A stretch of DNA of 64,000 nt, from the NCBI GenBank assembly GCA_003221895.1, contig QHUJ01000118.1, positions 3,925 to 67,924 of the forward strand, written 5' to 3'. The stretch is from Gemmatimonadota bacterium (lineage in GTDB: Bacteria > Gemmatimonadota > Gemmatimonadetes > Gemmatimonadales > GWC2-71-9). Of the stretch, positions 1-8,537 are shown piece after piece. The notes under the pieces are model-generated. The model saw only the letters and a program-made list of their open reading frames with translations, was not told the DNA's origin and searched no databases. Numbering within the stretch: position 1 is the first letter of the stretch; each line of letters opens with the position of its first letter. Made by a program: the position numbers and the translations under genes.

Positions 1-2
1 AC

Positions 3-488
3 ATCACCCCGGCGCGGCAGCTGCGCGCGACCGGCGGGATCTATCGCGCAGTCACGAAGGACCCGAAGAGCCCGATCGCCTACGGCTACGCCGACACGCT
101 CGCGGTCTACTTCAATCAGACGCCGCTCTTCCAGGTGGACACGAGCACGGACATTCCCGAGGACCAGGATCCGGGACTCACCGCCGAGCAGGCGCGCGCG
201 CGACCCCGGGTCGTCATGAGCTTCCATCAGAAGCGCGACTCACTGCGGCTCTCAGGCCTCCTCGTCAGTGGCGAAGAGTTGGCGGGCCGGCCCGCGGTCC
301 TCGATGCGCCGGTGGGTCAGGGTCACGTAGTCCTGTTCGCGATCCGCCCGTTCTGGCGGTGGGAGACGCAAGGCAGCTTCGCGCTCGTGTTCAACGCGAT
401 CATGAATTGGAACGATCTGGGTGTTGCGTGGCCGGCGGCGCCAAAGGCAGACCAGCGGGCAGTGGCGGCGCCAGACGAAGGGCCGTAG
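3..488 (+). CDS. 3' end of a CDS that begins upstream of the window; conserved C-terminal domain of unknown function (resembles C-termini of large secreted peptidase-like proteins, not verifiable here)
   Basis: Frame 3 is open from the window edge to TAG 486-488. The listed ORF 135..488 is only the GTG-initiated tail. The upstream in-frame translation (ITPARQLRATGGIYRAVTKDPKSPIAYGYADTLAVYFNQTPLF...) is protein-like. Confidence 0.55.
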   Translation: MTPARQLRATGGIYRAVTKDPKSPIAYGYADTLAVYFNQTPLFQVDTSTDIPEDQDPGLTAEQARARPRVVMSFHQKRDSLRLSGLLVSGEELAGRPAVLDAPVGQGHVVLFAIRPFWRWETQGSFALVFNAIMNWNDLGVAWPAAPKADQRAVAAPDEGP

Positions 489-494
489 ATTTCA

Positions 495-510
495 TCAACC
501 AAACGGTTGA
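495..510. promoter_or_regulatory. Perfect palindrome TCAACC-AAAC-GGTTGA upstream of the TetR gene; candidate TetR operator overlapping a TTGACG -35-like hexamer
   Basis: Read directly: tcaaccaaacggttga at 495-510, just upstream of the two possible TetR starts (GTG 523, ATG 556). Confidence 0.3.
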
Positions 511-522
511 CGAAATGACCAC

Positions 523-1107
523 GTGCCGCCTAAGCTAAGTAATGACAGGGCTTTGATGATCGGCGCCGCAGCTCGGGAAGAGTTTGCGAAGCGCGGATAC
601 GCCGGCGCGCGGGTCGAGCAGATCGCCCGTCGCGCCGGCGTCAACAAGCAGCTGCTGTTCTACTACTACCACTCGAAGCGCGGCCTCTTTCAGACCGTGC
701 TGACCCAGGCCGCCAGGGAGCTCGAGAACGCTCTGACCGGTCTCGCCTTGCCGGCGGGCGGTCCGCTGGAACGGCTGCGACTGACGCTGCAGGGGCAGTT
801 CGAATTTCTCGCTCGTAACCCGCAAATCGTCGCGTTGCTCGGACAAGGCACACGCTCGAACGCCGCCTTTGCGCCCGCGATCAAGCGCCTCGTCGTGTTG
901 CTCGCGGAGGGGCAGGGACTCGGCCAAGTGCGGGACGATCTCGACCCGCACCTCGCCGCGGCCCAGGCGCTGATCCTGATGGTCGGGTATCTCAGCATGG
1001 AAGGCGTCATCGCCGCCAGCGCGCGCACCCTGGATGAGCCGGCGCTGCGTGAGCGGTGGCGTGAAGCCGCGGTGGATCTGGTGGTCAACGGCGTGCGGGC
1101 CGCCTAG
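523..1107 (+). CDS. TetR/AcrR family transcriptional regulator (start may be ATG 556)
   Basis: N-terminal HTH signature AAREEFAKRGYAGARVEQIARRAGVNKQLLFYYYHSKRGLF is typical of TetR_N. Size is 194 aa. Confidence 0.9.
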   Translation: MPPKLSNDRALMIGAAAREEFAKRGYAGARVEQIARRAGVNKQLLFYYYHSKRGLFQTVLTQAARELENALTGLALPAGGPLERLRLTLQGQFEFLARNPQIVALLGQGTRSNAAFAPAIKRLVVLLAEGQGLGQVRDDLDPHLAAAQALILMVGYLSMEGVIAASARTLDEPALRERWREAAVDLVVNGVRAA

Positions 1108-2957
1108 AAGCTCAATTCCACCCCAAGTCGGACGCGGCGGCCGGGACCGTAGAAGCGGTAGGGAGCATTGGCGAGATCGTACCAGGCTCCGAACGATGTC
1201 GAGTACTCGGAGCGGGTAAACAGGCCATCGGCGTTGCCGAACCGCCGCTCGGCGCGCTGTAACAGAACACAGTCGGCCGGACCTCCGGCGCCGTTTCCCG
1301 TTCGAGAGCTCCAGCCAGTGCAGACACCGGGACTGCGGAGATCCACAGCCGGTTCGCCCGTGCCAGGTAGCGTTACCCGCAATCCGTTTTGACTCGCCTC
1401 AGCCTCCAACTGTGCGACTTGCTCGTCGACCCACCGAGCGCGGTGCAGATCGTTGGTGACTTCTCCCGTTTCGGTGAAGATGTCGGTCAGGTTCGTCCAG
1501 TTGAACAGGTTCGTCGATTCGACAAAGACCGCGCCCCCGACCCGCCCCATCGGGAACGAACGGGTGATACGGATGTCGAGGGTCTTGAAAAGCGCCAACG
1601 TGGAGGAGTTCTCCGACTCGATCGGATCCGCGTCCTGACCGATGGTCAGCCCCGCGCCGCTATTCCGCTGCAGCGTGTAATGCCGATTGGTGGAGAATCG
1701 AAATATCGGGAAGACGTCGGTATTTGCGAGCACGGCACCAAGTGGCGCGCGATTCCCCCACCGGACGCCCACCGATCCCGACGCAAAGGTGCGTGGGCCG
1801 TCGAGCGCGGAGCCGCCCTGATGGCTCACACTCACCGTCCCGGTCACCACATCCGAGAACCGTCGCTCGAGCATGGCGTCGATCCCGCTCACCTTGCCGC
1901 GATCCGCGGTCGTGAACACGCGCCAATACCCGAGCACGCCGCCTGCGCCTGGATCCGCGAACTGTTCCAGACGGATGGCATCGCCTGAAAGACTCTGGGA
2001 ATAGAGTGCGACGTCCGCGAACGTGTTTCGATCCTCCCCCATCGCGATGTGAGCACCGAGCTCGAGCAGATCGGTGTGTCCAAGCGCAATGTCGCGTCCA
2101 TACGCTACGTTCCGACTTGCTTGGGACAGGTCGGTGTTCTTGAACGCGAAGAGACTCTCAAAACCGGGGATGCGGGCCTGCCGCCCAGCCGTGAACCGCA
2201 CGGTCCCGCCTGGCCATGCATCAACACGCATGCGCAGCTGCGGGCTGACGGTCGTGTGCGCGCTCGCCGGTTGAAAGTTGGCGGTCGGATTGGCTGGATC
2301 GAATGGCGCGAGCCGAAAGGTGTCCGTCCCTGACACCGCAATCGGGTCCGTTATAGACGAAATGCGTCCGGGGACGACGGGGTAGGAGGCACGGCTGTCG
2401 AGGCGATCGAGCCGCGCGCCGGCCGTCAGCTCGACGCTTCCAAGCTGCACTTGGTCTTCGATGTAGGCGCCCGTGCGCCGGGGTTGCTCGGCATAGGCAT
2501 TGATGTCAACGGCCGCGATCGATCGGGGGGCGGCATAGCGGCGCGTGTCGAACCTGGCAAAGTCAAAGCCTGCAAAGAGCTGATGCGTTGAAGCGAGCTG
2601 CCAGCCGAAACTAATGCGCGCCTGCCAGCGGCGTTCACGACTCAGGTCGAAGGGGCCATCGAGACCGCTCGTGAAGAACGGCAAGCGCTGATTCTGCTCG
2701 ACCGCGTACGGATTCATGCGATAGGGCTGTGCCGAGATCAATTGGTTCTGGTCGAGGAACGGCACAAGATCTTGGCACGCTGCTTGGCCCGCCTGCAGAC
2801 ACTTGAGCTGTACGTCGTCGAGGTACTTCACCGCGTGGTAGGAGGTCCCGGCGATCGACACGTCGTGAACCGTCGAGAGATCAGTAACGAATTCCAGGGG
2901 CGACAGCAGGAAGCCACCGACCGGCTCGCGCGACTCCGCCTCCGATTCGAGCGACAA
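1104..2957 (-). CDS. TonB-dependent receptor, C-terminal beta-barrel portion (fragment of a frameshift-split gene)
   Basis: Long beta-strand-rich sequence ending in the terminal aromatic ...RLGVELSF typical of TBDR barrels. Its reading frame is open upstream to 3017 with no start codon. Confidence 0.75.
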   Translation of the reverse strand: MSLESEAESREPVGGFLLSPLEFVTDLSTVHDVSIAGTSYHAVKYLDDVQLKCLQAGQAACQDLVPFLDQNQLISAQPYRMNPYAVEQNQRLPFFTSGLDGPFDLSRERRWQARISFGWQLASTHQLFAGFDFARFDTRRYAAPRSIAAVDINAYAEQPRRTGAYIEDQVQLGSVELTAGARLDRLDSRASYPVVPGRISSITDPIAVSGTDTFRLAPFDPANPTANFQPASAHTTVSPQLRMRVDAWPGGTVRFTAGRQARIPGFESLFAFKNTDLSQASRNVAYGRDIALGHTDLLELGAHIAMGEDRNTFADVALYSQSLSGDAIRLEQFADPGAGGVLGYWRVFTTADRGKVSGIDAMLERRFSDVVTGTVSVSHQGGSALDGPRTFASGSVGVRWGNRAPLGAVLANTDVFPIFRFSTNRHYTLQRNSGAGLTIGQDADPIESENSSTLALFKTLDIRITRSFPMGRVGGAVFVESTNLFNWTNLTDIFTETGEVTNDLHRARWVDEQVAQLEAEASQNGLRVTLPGTGEPAVDLRSPGVCTGWSSRTGNGAGGPADCVLLQRAERRFGNADGLFTRSEYSTSFGAWYDLANAPYRFYGPGRRVRLGVELSF

Positions 2958-3001
2958 GACCCCGGACGCGCGCTCGTCGCGCTGGTAGGAAAGATTGACG
3001 T

Positions 3002-4027
3002 TCAGGCTGAGGGCCGTTCAGCGACCCGGGGCAACTGGTGCACCCAATCGAGCACGAACACACGACTTGACGTGCGCGCGGCAATGCGATTCTGGGCATT
3101 GTAGAGCGCCGTGAACGGAAACTCACGCTCCTGCTCGCGCCCCGCGAGCACCGTCAGGCTGACGTGCTCACCCTTGCCGTATAGCCTTTGGATCTTCGCC
3201 TGCAAAGCGTGAGCGCCATGCGTGGCGAACGGAACCTGCAGACCGTGACACGCAGCGCTATTGCTCGATTCGTCGCAGTAGCCCGAGTACTGGGTGAAGC
3301 GCGGTATAGCGAGATCGATGGTGTCGCTCGCCGGATTGCCAAAGTCGACTGGCTGGCGAATCACGGTATCGGTGCCGCTCACGATGTATACCGGCGCCTG
3401 CACATCGCGCAGCTTCTCGGTCTCGAGCGATTGCTGCCCGGTCAGCGAAAACCCCGCGAAGCCGGTGAATCCCAGCGGTAGCGACCCTCCTGCCGTCGCC
3501 TCCAGCCGGTGGAATCCGATGTTACGCCAGAGATCCGGCCCTGCGTCATCCGCACGATAGCGCACGCCGCCCGTCCATGTCCCCTCGGCCGTGGGCGTGA
3601 TGATCTCGAGTACTCCGGGTGACGCATCCCCGAGGTACGCCGGCGCGAGGCCCGTTGAAAGCGCGAGTGACGCCACGCCCCTCAGGGGCGGCAGGAGCTC
3701 GAAGTCTTGGCGCTGGCCGTTACGCACCAGCGCGCCATCCACATACACGCCGACGTCGCCGGTCAGACCGCCGCGCACCGAGAATGCCTGTGGGTCCACG
3801 AGTCCGTAGACGCCCGGAGTCAACACCGGCAGCTGCAAGACGTTACCAACGGGCAGCCGGCGGAGCGTCACTGAATCGAAGACGACCGTCGGTCGATGGC
3901 GCGGAAGCGGCCGCACGCTGTCCGGGGGGATGGAAGGAGGCTTTGACGTCGAGTCCTGGGCAAAAAGCGGCGCCGCGGCAGCCAGGGAAGCAGCTACCGC
4001 GGCGTGGAAATACCGCTGAAGTCGCAT
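3002..4027 (-). CDS. TonB-dependent receptor, N-terminal signal peptide + plug + first barrel strands (fragment of a frameshift-split gene)
   Basis: Signal peptide MRLQRYFHAAVAASLAAAAPLFAQ. Plug-like region ...LPVLTPGVYG...FSVRGG...VYVDGALV...GVLEIITP. Ends at TGA 3002-3004, one frame off from the downstream barrel ORF. Confidence 0.75.
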   Translation of the reverse strand: MRLQRYFHAAVAASLAAAAPLFAQDSTSKPPSIPPDSVRPLPRHRPTVVFDSVTLRRLPVGNVLQLPVLTPGVYGLVDPQAFSVRGGLTGDVGVYVDGALVRNGQRQDFELLPPLRGVASLALSTGLAPAYLGDASPGVLEIITPTAEGTWTGGVRYRADDAGPDLWRNIGFHRLEATAGGSLPLGFTGFAGFSLTGQQSLETEKLRDVQAPVYIVSGTDTVIRQPVDFGNPASDTIDLAIPRFTQYSGYCDESSNSAACHGLQVPFATHGAHALQAKIQRLYGKGEHVSLTVLAGREQEREFPFTALYNAQNRIAARTSSRVFVLDWVHQLPRVAERPSA

Positions 4028-4049
4028 GGCCCTACTACACCTCCGGGCC

Positions 4050-6476
4050 TTAGTGGTGCGCCAGGAAACCCGTGCCGACGGGAGCTTCGGTCTCGAAAAT
4101 CAGGTGGCCGGACTCGAACCGCGCCCCACGGAGTGCCAGGCTCAGGACCTGTCCCAATTCCTCGACCAGGTGAACGACCAGGGTCTTCCTGACTTCGTCC
4201 GGGAGGTCATCGAGATCCCGCTCATTCTCCTTCGGCAGGATCACGGAGGTGATCCCCGCGCGAACGGCGCCGAGGACCTTCTCTTTGACCCCGCCGATCG
4301 GCAGCACCCGGCCCCGCAGCGTGATCTCACCGGTCATCGCGATGTCGTGACGCGCGGGCCGGCGGGACAGCGCCGATACCAACGCGGTCGCCATCGTCAC
4401 GCCTGCCGACGGACCGTCTTTGGGGATCGCGCCCGCCGGAACGTGAACGTGAATGTCGGTGTCCGCAACCGCGCTGGCGGGGATACCCAGCAAGTCGGCG
4501 TGCGACTTCGCATAGGTCAACGCTGCCCGTGCTGACTCTTTCATGACGTCGCCGAGCTGACCAGTGAGCATGAGGTCGCCCTTGCCGCGCATCACGCTCG
4601 CCTCGACGAACATGATGTCGCCGCCGACCGGCGTGTAATACATCCCCGTGGCGACGCCCACCTGGTCCTCTCCAGCCATCCGCTCCGGATGCACCTTCGG
4701 CCGCCCGATGAGATCGGGGATCTCCTCCGGCCCCACTACGACGCGCTCAGCCACGCCGTCGGCGATCTTGCGTGCGACCTTGCGGCCGAGCTTGCCGATC
4801 TCGCGCTCGAGTTGGCGCACTCCCGCCTCGCGGGTGTAGCTCGCGATGATCTCGCTCAGCGCGGCATCCGTGAGCGTGAACTGATCGCTGACCAGGCCGT
4901 TCTCGCGCAGCTGCCGCGGCACGAGATAGCGCTTGGCGATCTCGAGCTTCTCGCGCTCGGTGTATCCCGCAAAGTTCACCGTCTCCAGGCGGTCGAGCAG
5001 CGGCGCCGGAATGTTTTGGATGAAGTTCGCGGTGGCGATGAACAGTACCTCCGACAAATCGAACGGCACACCGAGATAGTGATCGGTGAAGGTGTCGTTC
5101 TGCGCCGGATCGAGCACCTCGAGCAACGCAGCCGCCGGATCACCCTGGAACGAGATGCCGAGCTTGTCCACTTCGTCGAGCAGGAAGATCGGGTTCTTCG
5201 CGCCCGCCTGCTTCATGCCCTGGATGATGCGGCCCGGCATCGCACCGACGTAAGTGCGGCGATGGCCGCGGATGTCGGCCTCGTCGCGCGCGCCGCCCAG
5301 TGAAATCCGGACGTAGGGACGTCCCATGGCCCGCGCGATCGACTTGGCAATCGAGGTCTTGCCCACGCCTGGCGGGCCGACGAACAGCAGGGTCGGCGCG
5401 CGCGCGGCGCGATCGTCCTCGTTCCCCGGCGCCTCCTCCTTGGGCTGGCGCTGGCGCAGCTGCCGCACCGCCAGGAACTCGAGCACCTGATCCTTCACGT
5501 CCTGCAGTCCGTAGTGATCCTCTTCGAGAATGTGAGCCGCACGCTTCAGGTCGAGCGACTCCTCGGCCCGGTTGCTCCACGGCAGCTCCGCCACGGTCTC
5601 GAGATAGGTGCGGATCACCTGTGCCTCCATCGATTCACGGCCGGCACGCTCCAGGCGTGCCAGCTCGCGGTCGACTTCTTTGCGCGCGGCCTCCGGCAAA
5701 TCGAGCGCGTCGAGCCGCTTCTTCAGATCGTCGGCCTCGGCCGCCTCTCCTTCTTCCCCGAGCTCTTTGCGGATGGCCTTCATCTGCTCGCGCAGCAGCA
5801 TTTCGCGCTGCCGCTCGCCGAGCTCTTCCTGGACCTGTGATTTGATGTCCTCCTGAGCGTCGAGCACCGCGATTTGGCGCTGCACGTGCACGAGGACGCG
5901 GCGCAGCCGGTCTTCGACCGCGAACGTCTCGAGCAGCTGCTGGCGCTCGAGGGATTGAATGTCGAGATGCCCCGCAACCAGATCAGACAGAGCGCCCGGA
6001 TCGCTCACGCCTTGAAGGACTTGCTGCACGACTTCGGTCGGCAGGCCGGACTTCTGACCCAGCTCCGCGGCGCGCTCGCGCACCTCGCGATGCAACGCTA
6101 CGAACGCGGCATCCTTCTCATTCAGTGGAGCGAGATCGGGCGTTTCCCGAACGGTCGCTTCGAGATAGCCGTTGGTCTCGGTGTAATGGACCGCGGTGCC
6201 GCGAGTGTCGCCATGCACGACCAGTTGCACGCCCCCCAGATTGCGCTGCACCTGGCTGATACGCGCAATTGTCCCGGTCGTGTAAAGAACACCAGGCGTG
6301 ACCTGATCGATGTTTTCTTTCTGGGCGACCGCGAAGACTTTGCGGTCGGGATTCTTCAGGGCGGCTTCGATGGCACGCAGCGTGGCGGGTCGCCCGGCCC
6401 CAATCGGCGTCGCGACACCCGGAAACAACACGGCGTCGCGCAACGGCAATACGGGAAGTGTCATTCTATCGGACAT
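4050..6476 (-). CDS. lon: ATP-dependent Lon protease (LonA type)
   Basis: N-terminal LON domain ([14 protein letters not shown]), Walker [10 protein letters not shown], protease catalytic motif PKDGPSAG. 808 aa. AAGGAG SD 7 nt upstream of the ATG. Confidence 0.97.
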   Translation of the reverse strand: MSDRMTLPVLPLRDAVLFPGVATPIGAGRPATLRAIEAALKNPDRKVFAVAQKENIDQVTPGVLYTTGTIARISQVQRNLGGVQLVVHGDTRGTAVHYTETNGYLEATVRETPDLAPLNEKDAAFVALHREVRERAAELGQKSGLPTEVVQQVLQGVSDPGALSDLVAGHLDIQSLERQQLLETFAVEDRLRRVLVHVQRQIAVLDAQEDIKSQVQEELGERQREMLLREQMKAIRKELGEEGEAAEADDLKKRLDALDLPEAARKEVDRELARLERAGRESMEAQVIRTYLETVAELPWSNRAEESLDLKRAAHILEEDHYGLQDVKDQVLEFLAVRQLRQRQPKEEAPGNEDDRAARAPTLLFVGPPGVGKTSIAKSIARAMGRPYVRISLGGARDEADIRGHRRTYVGAMPGRIIQGMKQAGAKNPIFLLDEVDKLGISFQGDPAAALLEVLDPAQNDTFTDHYLGVPFDLSEVLFIATANFIQNIPAPLLDRLETVNFAGYTEREKLEIAKRYLVPRQLRENGLVSDQFTLTDAALSEIIASYTREAGVRQLEREIGKLGRKVARKIADGVAERVVVGPEEIPDLIGRPKVHPERMAGEDQVGVATGMYYTPVGGDIMFVEASVMRGKGDLMLTGQLGDVMKESARAALTYAKSHADLLGIPASAVADTDIHVHVPAGAIPKDGPSAGVTMATALVSALSRRPARHDIAMTGEITLRGRVLPIGGVKEKVLGAVRAGITSVILPKENERDLDDLPDEVRKTLVVHLVEELGQVLSLALRGARFESGHLIFETEAPVGTGFLAHH

Positions 6477-6501
6477 GAATTACTCCTTTGGGGCGTGGCG
6501 A

Positions 6502-6518
6502 ATGCACCGACTGTGCCA
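6502..6518 (-). promoter_or_regulatory. Candidate sigma-54 (-24/-12) promoter upstream of lon: TGGCAC-agtcg-GTGCAT
   Basis: The minus strand reads TGGCACAGTCGGTGCAT with the correct GG-N10-GC spacing. It lies about 26 nt upstream of the lon ATG, ahead of its AAGGAG SD. Confidence 0.3.
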
Positions 6519-6611
6519 TGAAACAACGTCGCGCGCGGCAGGTCCGTTCCGCGAAACGCCGCCAAAGCGGCGGGGGCTGCCAACTCGACGCGCGAAGGCT
6601 AATCTTAGGCC

Positions 6612-8537
6612 GTGATTGATCGGTTGGCGCAGCGGCTGAGTCAGGCCCTTGGCTCGTCATTTACGCTCGAAGGCGAGATCGGCCGCGGCGGCATGGGGGT
6701 CGTCTACCACGCGCGGGACGAGCGACTCAAGCGGAAAGTGGCCGTTAAGGTCCTGCCGCCCGAGCTCGCGTTCCGCGAGGAAATCCGCATCCGGTTTCTG
6801 CGGGAGGCGGAGACTGCCGCACGCCTATCACATCCCCATATCGTCCCAATCCACTCGGTCGGTGAAGGTCCCGACGGACTCGTGTACTTCGTGATGGCCT
6901 ACGTGGATGGTGAATCGCTCGCGGCGCGCCTCAAACGCCGCGAGCGCCTGCCTCCCGAGGAGTCACGCCGCATCATGATGGAAACGGCGGACGCACTCGG
7001 CGCAGGACACGCACTCGGCATCATCCACCGGGACGTCAAACCCGACAACATCCTGCTCGAGGGAAGCCGCGGCCGGACGGTCCTCACGGACTTCGGCATC
7101 GCCAAAGCACTGACGTCGACGACCGGGCCGGGAACCCTGACGGCGACGGGCGTGGCGATCGGCACACCGCATTACATGAGTCCGGAGCAGGCGGCCGGCG
7201 ACCGCGAAATCGACGGCCGCTCCGACATCTACAGTCTCGGCGTCGTCGGTTTTCAGATGCTCGCCGGCGAGCTGCCGTTCTCGGCACCGACGGTGCCCGG
7301 CATTCTGCTCAAGCAGATTACCGAGCAGGCCCCGAGCCTCAAGGAAAAATCCCCGACCTGCCCGGAGGACCTCGCGGCGTGCGTGATGCGCTCGCTCGAG
7401 AAAGAACCCGAGGCCCGATGGCCGACGGCCGACGCGTTGCGCCGCGCGCTGGAATCGCGCAGCGCACCTCCCTACCGGCCGTCTCGCCGTCCGAGCGGCG
7501 GCGCTGCCGGCGCGCTCTCGCGCGCCGTGGAGACGCGCCTCGAACGGGGCGCGCCGCCGGCGCGAATGTCGGGAGGCGGCCGGCCCGAGCGGCGCCGCGC
7601 CACGCGACCGACGCCCAAACGCGACCCCAAGAGCGACCTCACGCCGAGCGGCGAGCCTCGGATGGTGGCGAGGTTCCGAGACTCATTCGTCTCGTGGGCG
7701 TCCGTTTGCGGCGGGCTGATGCTGATCGATTTGATGATGGGGCACGGTCTCGGCTGGTTGTCGCTGTTTCCCACGGCTGTCTGGGGCGGATTCGGATTAT
7801 TGCCTCAGTACATGAAGCTGTGGCAGAACGGCTACTCGTGGCGTGACGTCCTGAACCGGCCGGCGGCACCCGATGCGCAGGAGTCGCTGCTGGCGGGGGC
7901 GCGGCGCGTTCTGCCGGCGCCCCAGGCGAATGAGTTCGGCCGTCAGGTGGACACGATTCGTCTGGCCAGAAACGATCGGGAAGCGATTCTCAAGATCATG
8001 GAGCGAGTGCCCGCGTCGGAACGCAAGCTGCTGCCCGACGTGGTTCAGACGGTCGACGCCCTTCTCAGGCGCGCCGAAGAGCTGGCGCGCATGCTGCACG
8101 GCATGAGCGGCGATGTCGATGACGGCGCGCTGGCCAGAATCGAGATCCGGATCGAGGCGGTGAAGCAGCACGAACAGGGCAGCGAGCGCGACCGGCAGAT
8201 CGACTTACTCGAGCGGCAACGCCAAACGTTGAGAGATCTCCTCGCGCGGCGCCGCCGCGTCGAAGAGCAAATCGAATCGTGCGTGTTGGCGATGCAGAAT
8301 GTCCGGTTCGACTTGTTGCGGCTACGTTCGGCCGGCGTCGCCGCGGTCCTCAGCGATCTCACGCACGCAACACAACAGGCGCGCGCCCTCTCGCGCGATG
8401 TCGATCATGTCATCGCGGCGGCGGGTGAGATCCGCGACGTCCTCAGCGCCTCTCCTCCACCCGCCCCGCAGCGGCCCCAGTCCCCGGTGCCCCCCGCTTC
8501 CCCTCCGCCCCCGGGAGGGGGATCCCGCTTCCCGTAG
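6612..8537 (+). CDS. Ser/Thr protein kinase with central Pro/Arg-rich linker, two TM helices and a C-terminal coiled-coil domain
   Basis: Hanks motifs GRGGMGVVY, VAVKVL, HRDVKPDNILL, DFGIAK, GTPHYMSPEQ. Hydrophobic segments SVCGGLMLIDLMMGHGLGWLSLFPTAVWGGFGLL. Confidence 0.93.
   Translation: MIDRLAQRLSQALGSSFTLEGEIGRGGMGVVYHARDERLKRKVAVKVLPPELAFREEIRIRFLREAETAARLSHPHIVPIHSVGEGPDGLVYFVMAYVDGESLAARLKRRERLPPEESRRIMMETADALGAGHALGIIHRDVKPDNILLEGSRGRTVLTDFGIAKALTSTTGPGTLTATGVAIGTPHYMSPEQAAGDREIDGRSDIYSLGVVGFQMLAGELPFSAPTVPGILLKQITEQAPSLKEKSPTCPEDLAACVMRSLEKEPEARWPTADALRRALESRSAPPYRPSRRPSGGAAGALSRAVETRLERGAPPARMSGGGRPERRRATRPTPKRDPKSDLTPSGEPRMVARFRDSFVSWASVCGGLMLIDLMMGHGLGWLSLFPTAVWGGFGLLPQYMKLWQNGYSWRDVLNRPAAPDAQESLLAGARRVLPAPQANEFGRQVDTIRLARNDREAILKIMERVPASERKLLPDVVQTVDALLRRAEELARMLHGMSGDVDDGALARIEIRIEAVKQHEQGSERDRQIDLLERQRQTLRDLLARRRRVEEQIESCVLAMQNVRFDLLRLRSAGVAAVLSDLTHATQQARALSRDVDHVIAAAGEIRDVLSASPPPAPQRPQSPVPPASPPPPGGGSRFP

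Noticed and set aside
6557-6572. CGCCGC-CAAA-GCGGCG hairpin in the lon/kinase intergenic region
   Set aside because: A 6-bp GC stem in GC-rich DNA is unremarkable. It is not positioned after a gene end, so it has no terminator role.
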